IMG/VR virus record: IMGVR_UViG_3300005264_000029
Coordinates: 64,001-125,063 of that record
Source of the DNA: a virus
Lineage: Duplodnaviria > Heunggongvirae > Uroviricota > Caudoviricetes
Reading direction: 5' to 3' (one strand)
DNA: 61,063 nt
Part shown: positions 48,026 through 59,002 of the stretch, one piece after another
Layout of the letters: each line of letters starts with the position of its first letter
How positions within the stretch are numbered: position 1 is the stretch's first letter
Translations under genes and position numbers: made by a program
Notes under the pieces: generated by a model
Database searches by the model: none
The model's input: the letters and a program-made list of their open reading frames with translations, nothing else
What the model was told of the DNA's origin: nothing

Positions 48026-49798
48026 ATGAAAGTAATAAATAATCATAAAGAAATAGCAAAGGAATGTTTAAAAGATTGTCTAGTAGTAGATATTGAAACA
48101 TCATCAGAGTATGATATTAAAGAGTTTGATAATTATGTAAGAACAGCAGTAGTTAAATGGATAGGATTTTATTCATATACTTCAGGAAGATATTATGAAA
48201 TAGATTGCATGAAAACTTCTAAACTTAAAATACAAGAATTTTTTAATGCTCACAAAACATTAGTAAGTTTTAATGGAATAGAATTTGATATACCTGTTCT
48301 AAAAAATAATGGTATGCTTCCTGAAAGATATTTTTCGCAAGTAGATTGTAATGTTATATTGGGAAATAATCTAATTAGGGGTCATAAGAATAGAGGGATG
48401 CTTATGGGTTATAAGTTTCCAAATAATAAATTATCCACCATGGCGAAAGTTATGAAGCTTGAAACTATGAAAGGTAGTATCTCATACGATGTATTTAAAA
48501 AGAATGAATGGAATGAAGAAGAAACAAAGGACATTAGAAAATACCTAAGAGGTGATGTAGAAGTTACGAAACAAATGTTTGATAAACTATATTCTTTCTG
48601 GGAACCATTTACAGAATTTATATCTGAAAAGAATGTGAAACAATGGAATTGGTTAAGATCATCATCAGGATCTTTGAGTTATAAGGTATTGTGTAATTAT
48701 AGTAAACTGCCTGAAGAGTATGGTGAGTATACTGAAACTAAAGAAGAGATGGGTGGATTAGTATTATTGCCATCAGGTGCAGAATATAAAGACGTGTGGT
48801 ATATGGATTTTGCATGTTTGCCTACAGGTACAAAAATAAGAAGACAACGTGAAGATAAAAAAAAACCTGGTAATAGAGGGAATAAATATGATACTAATAT
48901 TGAAGATATTAAATCTGGAGATATTATATGTGGTGAAAATTTTGTAAACACAAAGGTCTCAAATGTACAATCAAAGGATTATGATGGGGAACTTTACGAA
49001 TTTGAATTAGAAAATGGAAAGGTATTATCTTGTACACCAGAACATAAGTTTCCTATAATACGCAATAGAAAAAGAATAGTTGCTGAAGCAAAGGATATTT
49101 TAGAAACAGATGAATTTATATCTACATTTAGTAAGTTCGAGAATATTAATCCTAATTATATATATGGTAGAGAAGTTAGAATGTGCACTATTTGTGGAAC
49201 GGAATTCGAAATCGATAGTAGAATGAAACAAAAAACATGTGGTAATGAGGAATGTGTTAATACATCTAGAAGTATACATGGAAAAATACATGGTTGCAAC
49301 ATAGGTAAGAATAAATATAATTGTAAACATTTGAAAAGGTTATCTGACGAAAGAACAGATGTTCCTAGAAAAGAAGAACATAAACAAAATATATCAATAG
49401 GTACTAAAAATGCCATTAAATTAATTCCACAATATGAAAAAATGAGATGGATGCAGAAACACATGCGTTCACAGAAATACAATACCGATACAGGAAGATT
49501 TGTGTATAATGATATAAATTTTAAAAGTAACTGGGAAATAATTACTGCAAAATATCTTGATAAAGCGAACATAAAATGGAGGTATGAACCAACAGGGTTT
49601 TTATTGTCAGATGGAAAGTATTATTATCCTGATTTTTATTTACCTGAATATGATAAATGGGTTGAAGTGAAGGGATACATGTATGATCGTGGGAGAGAGA
49701 AAATAAAAAAATTCACAGAAGAACATAAAGATTTATATTTACTAAACACATTAGATAAAATAAAAAATATTAGTAAGGAGAGCGTTAAAAAATGGTAA
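48026..49798 (+). CDS. polB: family B DNA polymerase N-half (3'-5' exonuclease) + IntN (from 48815) + fused PD-(D/E)XK-type endonuclease
   Basis: VVDIET, FNGIEFD, YLRGDV, MGGLV, YMDFA followed by CLPTGT; CTPEHKF; terminal FKSNWE..YEP...YYPDFYL...VEVKGY; probable start ATG 48026 (track start 48014). Confidence 0.9.
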   Translation: MKVINNHKEIAKECLKDCLVVDIETSSEYDIKEFDNYVRTAVVKWIGFYSYTSGRYYEIDCMKTSKLKIQEFFNAHKTLVSFNGIEFDIPVLKNNGMLPERYFSQVDCNVILGNNLIRGHKNRGMLMGYKFPNNKLSTMAKVMKLETMKGSISYDVFKKNEWNEEETKDIRKYLRGDVEVTKQMFDKLYSFWEPFTEFISEKNVKQWNWLRSSSGSLSYKVLCNYSKLPEEYGEYTETKEEMGGLVLLPSGAEYKDVWYMDFACLPTGTKIRRQREDKKKPGNRGNKYDTNIEDIKSGDIICGENFVNTKVSNVQSKDYDGELYEFELENGKVLSCTPEHKFPIIRNRKRIVAEAKDILETDEFISTFSKFENINPNYIYGREVRMCTICGTEFEIDSRMKQKTCGNEECVNTSRSIHGKIHGCNIGKNKYNCKHLKRLSDERTDVPRKEEHKQNISIGTKNAIKLIPQYEKMRWMQKHMRSQKYNTDTGRFVYNDINFKSNWEIITAKYLDKANIKWRYEPTGFLLSDGKYYYPDFYLPEYDKWVEVKGYMYDRGREKIKKFTEEHKDLYLLNTLDKIKNISKESVKKW

Positions 49799-50997
49799 AA
49801 ATTAAGAAAATATCAAAGAGACAATATAAGGGTAAGGTATATGATTTATCTTTAGACAGTCATGAATCACCATATTTTTATGCTAACAGAATTTTAACTC
49901 ACAACAGTTTATATCCACATATCATGATGATGTTTAATATATTTGGAAACCCTGTAACTAGACCTGATTGTAAGGAATGGTTTACTGGTAATGATGTGTT
50001 TAAAGTGACTGGTAAATATGCAATAGACAAACAACATAAACTATCAAAAGAATACCAACATATGTATAAAGAGAGAAAATTAATTAAACACACAAACCCA
50101 GAAAAAGCATATGCATACAAGATAATTTTGAATGGTGGATACGGCGTTTTGAGAAGCAAATTGTTTAAATCGTTATATTATGAAAATAGTGGATATGATA
50201 TTTGTTGGATTGGTCAACAGTTAAATGAAATGATAGGGGATTTTTTTGAGGCTGAAGGGTTCAAAACGATTTTTGGCGATACTGATAGCCGTGGACTTAA
50301 GTACATAAGAGAGCCAAAATTAACTATTGATGAACAGTATAAATTAATAGAAAAAATAAATAAAAAAATGAATAAATACATCATGGATAATGTGCCATAT
50401 CCATCAGACACATTTGACTTGGAAAGTGAAACTGGGGCATTACCTGTAGAATATTTCATGTTTGTACCTGATGAGAAGACTGGTAAATTTAAGAAAAAGA
50501 ATTACGCATATATTTACAATGATAAAGGAACAAAGAAAGTAAAGATCATGGGACTACCAATCAAAAAATCTAATGCAACTGAACTTGGTATGAAAATATT
50601 TCATAAACATATAGAACCTAAAATGCTTAGTGAAGTTAAAGGTAAGTTTGATTCAGAGTGGATTGCTAATTTAATTAAAGATGATGTTGTTAAAGATATA
50701 GAACAAATGGCGGTCGAATATAAATGCTCACCATTTGATACATATGCTGTTGGTGGTCGTAATGGAATCAATGCACAAACATCTCTTAATTACTTAGATA
50801 GTAAAGGAGGTCAAATTAGACTACTAAAAAATAAAAGTGTAGGTAAAGTAGGTAAGAAATTTAAATACTGTACATTAGAAGAAGCGCGAGAAGCAAAGTT
50901 AACATATAAAGATCTCGATTTGACTAAAGTGTTTAAAGAACTATATCCATTTTCAAATACAAAAATAGAGTTTGTGAGGACTAAGAAGTTTTTTTAG
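49792..50997 (+). CDS. polB: 38-aa IntC (49792-49905) + family B polymerase C-half
   Basis: MVKIKKISK..VYDLS...ANRILTHN followed by SLYP; KIILNGGYG, FGDTDS, KKNYA. Confidence 0.9.
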   Translation: MVKIKKISKRQYKGKVYDLSLDSHESPYFYANRILTHNSLYPHIMMMFNIFGNPVTRPDCKEWFTGNDVFKVTGKYAIDKQHKLSKEYQHMYKERKLIKHTNPEKAYAYKIILNGGYGVLRSKLFKSLYYENSGYDICWIGQQLNEMIGDFFEAEGFKTIFGDTDSRGLKYIREPKLTIDEQYKLIEKINKKMNKYIMDNVPYPSDTFDLESETGALPVEYFMFVPDEKTGKFKKKNYAYIYNDKGTKKVKIMGLPIKKSNATELGMKIFHKHIEPKMLSEVKGKFDSEWIANLIKDDVVKDIEQMAVEYKCSPFDTYAVGGRNGINAQTSLNYLDSKGGQIRLLKNKSVGKVGKKFKYCTLEEAREAKLTYKDLDLTKVFKELYPFSNTKIEFVRTKKFF

Positions 50998-51032
50998 AAA
51001 GACTTATAAAGTCTTAACTATTTATATACTTA

Positions 51033-53008
51033 ATGGATAATGATAAGAAAAAATTAATGTTTAAGTATAAATATTTATTCTTTAAAAACCTCTTTATTTA
51101 TGGGTCTTTAATTATATTTATAGTTGGAGTACTTATAGGAATTTTTTGGGGATTAGGATTATTAATAAGTTCTAATGCCGAAAGTATAGATACAATTGGA
51201 ATGATTATATTATCAGGATTCTGGTTTATTATTAGTACTTGGTATATTACAATATTTTTTGGAGTATTATCATTTGTATATAGAAATAAATTATTTGTTG
51301 AAAAACTAACAGATAAACAGATTAAAAAATATGATAAAAACACAGAAGATATTTTCTGGAAAGAGTTTATTATGTTATTAAGTAGTATGTTTTATATGAA
51401 TTATATTTCTGTATGGAAAGTAATATATGATATAGGAAATAATGAATGGACGTTTGTGATAGGTATTATATTATTTTTTTCATTACTTATAGCTATGACC
51501 CCAAGACCATACGAGGATGATGAAAAATGAAAGATAATATGTGGGGAGATATAACAGGTGAAGAAAAATTAGGTGATAACATTATTTATGATTATATGTC
51601 AGAAGAAAGAAGGAAAGAAAGACTTAGTAAATTTAAGATATCTTGTACTAAGTGTAATAGTAGTAATACAGAATTAAATATTTACAATGATACTGGAGAG
51701 GATGAATTTGAAGGATCCTATGGAGATGCTGGAATAGTTATCAGATGTAAGGATTGTGGATCAACGATAACAATAGAGGCTATGAGTAATTAAAAATGGA
51801 ATTAAAAAAGGTAAAAAAAGGAGAACTTGAAGTGTATATTAGATCAGAAAAAGAAGTAACGATGGTAGTACTACCATCGTTCATAGTTGACAAGATGAAC
51901 ACTATGAAACATGTTATGCAAACTGATGATTTGATGGAAGTACTAATTAGAACATCTGAAATGACTATGGATAATTATTATAAATTAATCAATAAAAAAT
52001 GAAACAAGAAACAATAGAGAATCTATCAACGTGGGGATTACTAGCTGTAGTAATATTTATGTTATATTTATTATCACTTACTCTGAACACTGAGTACAAC
52101 GACTGCACGACCGATGTTGAATTAAAAGAAACATTCTGGGAGAATACAACTTGTACTAATAGATACAATGAAAGATTTGAATGTGATAAAATAAACATTA
52201 CTAAAAGAGATAACTATTGTGAAGAAACATATGGTGGGTTCTGGGTGTGGGAAAAATGAGCTATAGTGAATTCATAACAATATATGGAATAGAACAGAAT
52301 AAAATAGATTACAAAAGAGTAGCAACACTTTGTAACAAAATGTATAAAACAAAATTTAATAATAGTGGTTATTGGGACGAAGATAATATCTTTGATTTCA
52401 TATCTAAACAATTAAATAAATCAAGTTATAAAAATAGTATATTTGAAAGTTGTAATCATGATGGTATAAATGATGATGAAGTAAATAAATGTCATAAGGT
52501 ATATTGTAAAGTTCTCAATTGTTTATATTCATGTGTTGTACAACATCACTCTCAAAATGGAGAACCTTATGAATATACTATTTACGATGAAGACCATAAT
52601 ATATTTACACAATATAAAGAATCGATGGATGAATCAGATGTACTAAAGGATTATCTTGAGAAGTTAGAATTAGAAGAAATGGTTAAAGATAAAGGAGAGT
52701 TTGATAAAAAAGAAATAGTAAAAGGGTTGTTAAAATAAGTACATATATAAACATGAATAAATATAAATTAATGAATTAGTAAAGTGATAAAAAGAATAGA
52801 AAATATATTATTATGCCAAGGCTCAGAAGGTCCTATACAGGATGATACAAGAACACTAATATATTATAATAGTCTAGCCAAGACGCATAATAAATATTTA
52901 GAAGAACGTGATGGGTTCTATAATTTCTATATACATTTATATAAATTAAAACCACATGATATTATTAAGAATATAGATTTGATTAATAGTAATAATATAT
53001 ATAAATAG
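51033..53008 (+). other. short hypothetical/membrane ORFs (51033-51530, 51527-51793 Zn-finger-like, 51796-52002, 51999-52259, 52247-52738, 52784-53008)
   Basis: ORF track; coupled overlaps. Confidence 0.65.
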
Positions 53009-53045
53009 TTAAATATATAAATAATGGAAAACAGAAAATAAGTAT

Positions 53046-53900
53046 ATGTTAAAAAATTTAATTATTATTCTTGGATTCTTAGTACTTTTTAGTGGGTGTT
53101 CTGGTATACAAGGTTATGATTATATTATAGATTATTATGAGTTATTAAATCAAAGTTATCCAACTGTTGATGAAATACAAATAACTGGTAAGGGTAGTGG
53201 AAGTGAAAAAACAACTACAGGAGTATATCAAAATATGATATATGAAGCATTTGGTATAAATGATAGATTATATTCAACATGGATAGTTCCATCAGCAATA
53301 GATTATAATGTGTCGGCAAATATAGTATTCAAATTTTATGTAGATAGTTCTGAGAGTTCAAAAAATATGAAGTTAAAATTCCAGTACACATTATTAGATG
53401 GTAATAAAATGGTGAATGTATCTAATATAGATTTCACATCACAAGATATAAATGTTTCATCGACACCATATGAATATTTTGAATATAAATTGCCGATGGA
53501 TATGGATATGTTAAAACAATGTACAAACAATTGTGTTATATCTGGAAGTATTCAAAGAGTATCTTCGTCAAATGATTATTCTAACGATATTAATTTGTTC
53601 TCAATGTCTGCAGAATATAATATTATAAGACCAGCACTTGAGACAGGAGATATAACATTAATCAATAATACTTATATTAATCAAACAATTTTATATAATG
53701 GAACTGTTGGTAATGGATCAGGAGTAGTTTATAATATAACAAATAATATAACTAATACAATTATAAATAATATAACTCAGGTTGTGCCAGGATTATGGTA
53801 TGGTAATAATACAGATATTTATGCCAATACAACAAATGTACATATTGGAGGATATAAAATGTATGATAATGGAACTGATATGATTTTTGAAATGAATTAA
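53046..53900 (+). CDS. secreted/lipoprotein-like, sequon-rich probable virion protein
   Basis: LVLFSG/C signal; about 15 N-x-S/T sequons. Confidence 0.7.
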   Translation: MLKNLIIILGFLVLFSGCSGIQGYDYIIDYYELLNQSYPTVDEIQITGKGSGSEKTTTGVYQNMIYEAFGINDRLYSTWIVPSAIDYNVSANIVFKFYVDSSESSKNMKLKFQYTLLDGNKMVNVSNIDFTSQDINVSSTPYEYFEYKLPMDMDMLKQCTNNCVISGSIQRVSSSNDYSNDINLFSMSAEYNIIRPALETGDITLINNTYINQTILYNGTVGNGSGVVYNITNNITNTIINNITQVVPGLWYGNNTDIYANTTNVHIGGYKMYDNGTDMIFEMN

Positions 53901-53902
53901 AA

Positions 53903-54280
53903 ATGGAAAGAGAAAAGATAAATACACAAAAAAGACAGAAGGTTAAAAATTTTATTAAGAAATCTGTAGGATTGGGTTTATTTGTTTCTATGCTTCCTCA
54001 AGCTTTTTCAGGATATATATTTAAAGATAATAATAATGAAGAAATATTAAACATTAATTCGAACACTAAAGATGTAGTGGCTCCGGCTTTCATTGCGACA
54101 GGTAATGTAGCTTTAGCAAGAGATGGTGATGGAGAGATCGCAACAATAACAAAGCATAATAGAGTATGGACTATTACTAGGGACGTTGATGGAGAGATCG
54201 CAAGTCTGTCAGATGGACTTATTACAAAAACTATAACACGTGATGTAAATGGTGAACTTACTGGAATTACAGTGACGTAA
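53903..54280 (+). CDS. probable virion protein with three YD-like repeats
   Basis: ARDGDGEIATI / TRDVDGEIASL / TRDVNGELTGI. Confidence 0.65.
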   Translation: MEREKINTQKRQKVKNFIKKSVGLGLFVSMLPQAFSGYIFKDNNNEEILNINSNTKDVVAPAFIATGNVALARDGDGEIATITKHNRVWTITRDVDGEIASLSDGLITKTITRDVNGELTGITVT

Positions 54281-54376
54281 ACATAAATACATATATAAAC
54301 ATTAAAAATGAAATATATAATATATAAAATAAATATGGAACTATATAATAATATAATTATACGGAGGGAACAATAA

Positions 54377-57082
54377 ATGGCATTCATAATAGATAGGAAA
54401 TATCAATATATTTTAGCAGCAGATGCAAATGGAACTGGTTTTTCAGAACCACCTATGTCTGGAGTTCTTGATGGAGATTTACTTATTATGATGTGGGCAA
54501 TTAATGATGATGATGTATTATCTATTGATGATGGAGGTTGGACAGAAGTTCCAAATACAAACCCTACAGCAAGTACTGATGAAGTTAGAGCTTATTATAA
54601 GTTTGCAACAAGTGATAATGAACAATGTTCAACATGGAGTAATACTGCAACTAATACTAATGTTTATATGCACACAATTTGTATTAGAGGAGTTGATGTT
54701 GCAAGTCCTATTGTTGATAGTGATTTTAGTAAATATACAAGTTCAAGTAATACTATAGTTCATTATCCTACATTAACATCAACAGCAGATAAACAATTAT
54801 GTTTTTATTTATCAAGTTCAGACGCAGATGCAATTACAGTAGGTAGCCATCCTGCATTCAAACAATTAGAAGGAATTAGTAATGTTAGTGATAGTATGTG
54901 TTATCAATATATTTCTAATGGTGTTGAAGTAATACCAAGTTTTGAAGATAGTGTGGCAAGTGACCAAACCTCAGCATTTGGATTTATACTTAATGATGCA
55001 GTTGGAAGTCCAGCACCTTTAGAAGTTAGTCCTTTAAGTGCATTAACTAAAATTACTCCTGATACTAATAATGATAGTGGTTGGATGGAAGCAGTTTATG
55101 CAAGTGGAATTGATATAGATACTGGTGTTGCAAGAGTGAATGAAACTCCCACTTTAACTGTATATTCTGGAACTGCATATAATTTCAGAACAGATGGAAT
55201 AAGTGGAACTCTTCAAATAGGAGAAACTATAACATTTGATGGTAGTGGAAATACTGGGGTGCTTGAAAGACAAGTCGGTTCTTCAAGTAATTGGTATATA
55301 ACATTATCACAAATGACTGGAACAACTGAACCTGATAATGCTACATTCATAGGTGGGACAAGTGGAGCAACTGGTAGAATTAAAGGAACAGGAAATTATC
55401 AAATAAATATAACTGGATTAATTATGGCAGAAGTAAAAATAGCAACTTATTTTTGTTTCAAGTCAAACGGATATAGTACTATTGGTTTAACTGATGGGAA
55501 TGTTTATTGGATTAAGGCTACAAGTCTTGCTAATACTTTCAATGAGGGTTATGGATATGAATGCACAACTCACGCATCAAGATATGATTTAGGAACAACT
55601 GTGACTCCTTCAGTAGGTAGTGCGACAGGGACAATGGGTCCTTATAATATGTGTAATTTTAGTTATAATATTGATGCAGATAATGATTATCCAACAGGTT
55701 CAACAGGAATTACTGGTTGGAAAAAATCTTTAGCTGGTAGTTGTAGAAGTTATACAACAAGTTCTGATATGAGTAATGAACTAATTGCTTTATGGCAAAA
55801 ACCTGCAAGTTCTAATGTTGCTTATATGTATTTCTTAATGATTGATACAAGTAATAATTGGAAGTTATGGAAGATTAGAAGTAAATATGTTGCAGGATAT
55901 ATTTATTCAGCATCAACACATAATTTAATTAGTCCTGATAGTGTTGATACTCCAATATTTCAAACTTCAAGTTTTAATTCTAATGCTATTAAGTATTATG
56001 GGATGATGTTTAGACTGAGTTCAGATACTGCAAGAAATGGAAGTTCAACTTATGACCAATACATTATTAATAAACAAACAATATATGGGGGTGGAAGTTC
56101 TAAACAAGTTAGTTGGTCAGATATATCTTCAGCAATTAATAGTGAAGTGAATGACAATGGATTAGTTTATGATAAAACACTTCAAAATATTGTTCCGTCA
56201 CAATTTGTATTAAGTAGAGATTTAGTTTTAAGTTGTAATATTGCAATGAACAATCAAGCATTATCATTTCCTCCTCAAGCAGATGGGATTAATGATTTCT
56301 TTTTTAATGTAGATGCTGGAACTACAGGACTTGAAACAATTAACGCAAGTGGTAATATTAATACTTCATTAGTTGCAAGTGATAAGGGAGCTTATTTAAC
56401 TAATACTTCAGGAGACACAATTGATTATACTGGAACAATATTTTCAAAATACAATCCAACATTACAAGATGGTAAAACTTATGATTCAGTAACTTTTGTT
56501 GAATGTGGTCAAATATTACAAGGAACTGCTACATTAAATAATTGTACCATTAGTAGTAGTACTGATTTAGTTGGTGCTGTTTTACTTGGTGGAACAATAA
56601 CAGGTGGAAGTATTATTAATAATGATTATGGGATTGAGATTGTGGCAGCAGGAGATTATACTTTGTCAGGCCTCACAATGAGTGGAAATACAAAAGATAT
56701 TAATGTGACTGCAGCAACTGGAACGGTAAATATTACTGTAGATTTTACCGCTCCAACATATCAAACAGCTGGAGCTACTGTTAATATAATTGCACCAACA
56801 CCAACATTTGGATTTACTGTTAGTCCAAGTATTGTAGGATATGAATGGAGAATTTACAATGTTGATGGTGTAGGTAGTTTGAAAGGTTCAGTTGAGCAAG
56901 ACGGAGAAGAATCTGCTGTAGCTGATAATCAAGCATACACACATGATGGTTCTGCTCAAGTAATTGCAGTACAAATATTATCACAACCAACTCATGATTA
57001 CGAAGAAAAGGTTTCATATTATACATTAGATGGAACAGACCAAAATGTTACTATTAATTTAGATAAAGATAACAACAATTAG
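54377..57082 (+). CDS. large Thr/Ser/Gly-rich beta-strand protein (fibre/adhesin-like)
   Basis: 901 aa, composition, beta-helix-like C-terminal third. Confidence 0.65.
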   Translation: MAFIIDRKYQYILAADANGTGFSEPPMSGVLDGDLLIMMWAINDDDVLSIDDGGWTEVPNTNPTASTDEVRAYYKFATSDNEQCSTWSNTATNTNVYMHTICIRGVDVASPIVDSDFSKYTSSSNTIVHYPTLTSTADKQLCFYLSSSDADAITVGSHPAFKQLEGISNVSDSMCYQYISNGVEVIPSFEDSVASDQTSAFGFILNDAVGSPAPLEVSPLSALTKITPDTNNDSGWMEAVYASGIDIDTGVARVNETPTLTVYSGTAYNFRTDGISGTLQIGETITFDGSGNTGVLERQVGSSSNWYITLSQMTGTTEPDNATFIGGTSGATGRIKGTGNYQINITGLIMAEVKIATYFCFKSNGYSTIGLTDGNVYWIKATSLANTFNEGYGYECTTHASRYDLGTTVTPSVGSATGTMGPYNMCNFSYNIDADNDYPTGSTGITGWKKSLAGSCRSYTTSSDMSNELIALWQKPASSNVAYMYFLMIDTSNNWKLWKIRSKYVAGYIYSASTHNLISPDSVDTPIFQTSSFNSNAIKYYGMMFRLSSDTARNGSSTYDQYIINKQTIYGGGSSKQVSWSDISSAINSEVNDNGLVYDKTLQNIVPSQFVLSRDLVLSCNIAMNNQALSFPPQADGINDFFFNVDAGTTGLETINASGNINTSLVASDKGAYLTNTSGDTIDYTGTIFSKYNPTLQDGKTYDSVTFVECGQILQGTATLNNCTISSSTDLVGAVLLGGTITGGSIINNDYGIEIVAAGDYTLSGLTMSGNTKDINVTAATGTVNITVDFTAPTYQTAGATVNIIAPTPTFGFTVSPSIVGYEWRIYNVDGVGSLKGSVEQDGEESAVADNQAYTHDGSAQVIAVQILSQPTHDYEEKVSYYTLDGTDQNVTINLDKDNNN

Positions 57083-57111
57083 TGTGCAGTTAAATCTGCA
57101 ACCACATCATT

Positions 57112-57489
57112 TTGGGTGTGTTATCTGTTGAACAAAACAAAATGGAAGAAAATAAAGAAAAGTTAGACTTAGCATTTGCATATGTTACCCAACAAGATGT
57201 GAGTAATAATAGTGATTGGTTAATTCAGAAAAACATAACTGAGGAAACTTTAGGTAGTTTTAATGGTAAAATTAATGATACGGATATGAGACAGATTTTA
57301 AAATTTGCTCAAAAATTTGAATTAAAAGCTTTTAACACTGGAATCAATTTTGAAAAACAAAAGTCAATCAAACTAATTAAAGATATGACTGACTCTTGTG
57401 AAGCAAGATTAAAAACAATGAGAGAGGAAAACGAGAGGTTATCTTTAAAGTTAATGCAACTTATAGGAGACCCAGACGATATTAAATAA
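57112..57489 (+). CDS. hypothetical protein with C-terminal coiled coil
   Basis: 125-aa ORF in the structural cassette. Confidence 0.65.
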   Translation: MGVLSVEQNKMEENKEKLDLAFAYVTQQDVSNNSDWLIQKNITEETLGSFNGKINDTDMRQILKFAQKFELKAFNTGINFEKQKSIKLIKDMTDSCEARLKTMREENERLSLKLMQLIGDPDDIK

Positions 57490-57491
57490 AA

Positions 57492-58985
57492 ATGGCAGTT
57501 ATACAATTAATAGATTTATCAAATTACGATACTTTGTTAGTTCAAAGTACACAAGGAAGATCAGGGACACCAGACGGAAATGTATTTTTCGATTCGGCGA
57601 ATAATAAAGTAGAATTTATTACAAAACAAGAATTATTACAAGTTAATTTAGGTAGTGGTTTAGAAGATAATCCATTAGATGAAACTCTAGGAATTAAACT
57701 TGAAGCAGCTTATGCTTTTGAAAATCAAGAAAGGCGTACAGATGAAAATTTGAGAGAGTTTGATAAAATGATTAAAGGAAACTTTAAGTTCGCAGGTGCT
57801 TATAACTTTGTTAATGGAAACAAACCAAGTACTGCTGCGGATCGAAATATTCTTAGAGGTTCAGGTTGGACAGAATTTGCTAAAGATGCTGGAACAGATA
57901 GAATTTATTACGGTAATACTGGACTTTCAAATATTGAAGTTACGTCACAACCATATTATCAATTATCGAGTTCAGCAGTACCTGATGTTAATACATTAGT
58001 ACCAGCAGATTATGCTAAACTAGGTCAATTTTCAGAAGCTGTTCAAGTATTTGGTTCAACAGCTAACACTCCAACAGATGCAGGTGCAGGAGATTTTGAT
58101 ACAAGAGCTTATGAAGCAGTATCAATTAGAACATTCGGTCAAAATTATGACAGAAAAGAAACAACTAACGATTTAGGTATTGCAGAATTAGGTGGATATT
58201 TAACAGGGTTTGCTGTAAATGAATCGGGACATCTTACTACAGGTAATTATACTTTAGCCGATGTTTATACCGCACCAATTGCTCCATGGACTGGAATGAC
58301 TATTGAGAAATTAGCAGTAGCACAAACTGAATCAGGATTCAATGAAGCCGATGGAAATTTCACTTGGGTATTAAATAATACAGCTAATGGAGATTTAGAC
58401 CAATGTGTAGCTTTCTTAGATGCATCAAGTCAAGATGATGTAGATATTGATTCAGGTGCAGAGTCAGTTACTTATGGAAAAAGAGTAGGTACTTGGTATA
58501 GTTATAATGCAACAGGTCAAGTAGTATTCAATAGTCCATTTTCAGGTGAAGGTTTATTTGCAGAGAATATTCCTGTATCTGATGAACAGAGATGTGTATT
58601 CGTAGATGATGCGGCAGCAACAAAAACAAGACCGTTCTCAGTATCGGTAGAAATGAATGTAGGAGCAACAGCTAAGGCAGATGCAAATGCTTGGTATCAT
58701 CATTACTTTGAAGCGGCTTATAATACTTCCAGTGCAATTACTGTGATGGATTCAAGTCCTGCTGCCGTTAAAGGTAATGCTTCAACAGCTGATGGAAACA
58801 ATAAAATAACTTATGCTTTTGATTACGATGGAGATACTGTAGGAGGAGGAGCTGGAACAGATAAAGACTGTGTAGCTCTTTGTGAAGGAGATGGTGGGGC
58901 AACTCAGGCTAAAACATTATTCACTATCACAAGACAAACAACTGTTGCTTTTGCGTGTGCACCAGCAGTAGAAAATAACGTATAA
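57492..58985 (+). CDS. probable structural protein
   Basis: 497 aa, acidic, Gly/Ala/Thr rich. Confidence 0.65.
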   Translation: MAVIQLIDLSNYDTLLVQSTQGRSGTPDGNVFFDSANNKVEFITKQELLQVNLGSGLEDNPLDETLGIKLEAAYAFENQERRTDENLREFDKMIKGNFKFAGAYNFVNGNKPSTAADRNILRGSGWTEFAKDAGTDRIYYGNTGLSNIEVTSQPYYQLSSSAVPDVNTLVPADYAKLGQFSEAVQVFGSTANTPTDAGAGDFDTRAYEAVSIRTFGQNYDRKETTNDLGIAELGGYLTGFAVNESGHLTTGNYTLADVYTAPIAPWTGMTIEKLAVAQTESGFNEADGNFTWVLNNTANGDLDQCVAFLDASSQDDVDIDSGAESVTYGKRVGTWYSYNATGQVVFNSPFSGEGLFAENIPVSDEQRCVFVDDAAATKTRPFSVSVEMNVGATAKADANAWYHHYFEAAYNTSSAITVMDSSPAAVKGNASTADGNNKITYAFDYDGDTVGGGAGTDKDCVALCEGDGGATQAKTLFTITRQTTVAFACAPAVENNV

Positions 58986-59002
58986 AGTTTAAATAAAACA
59001 AA

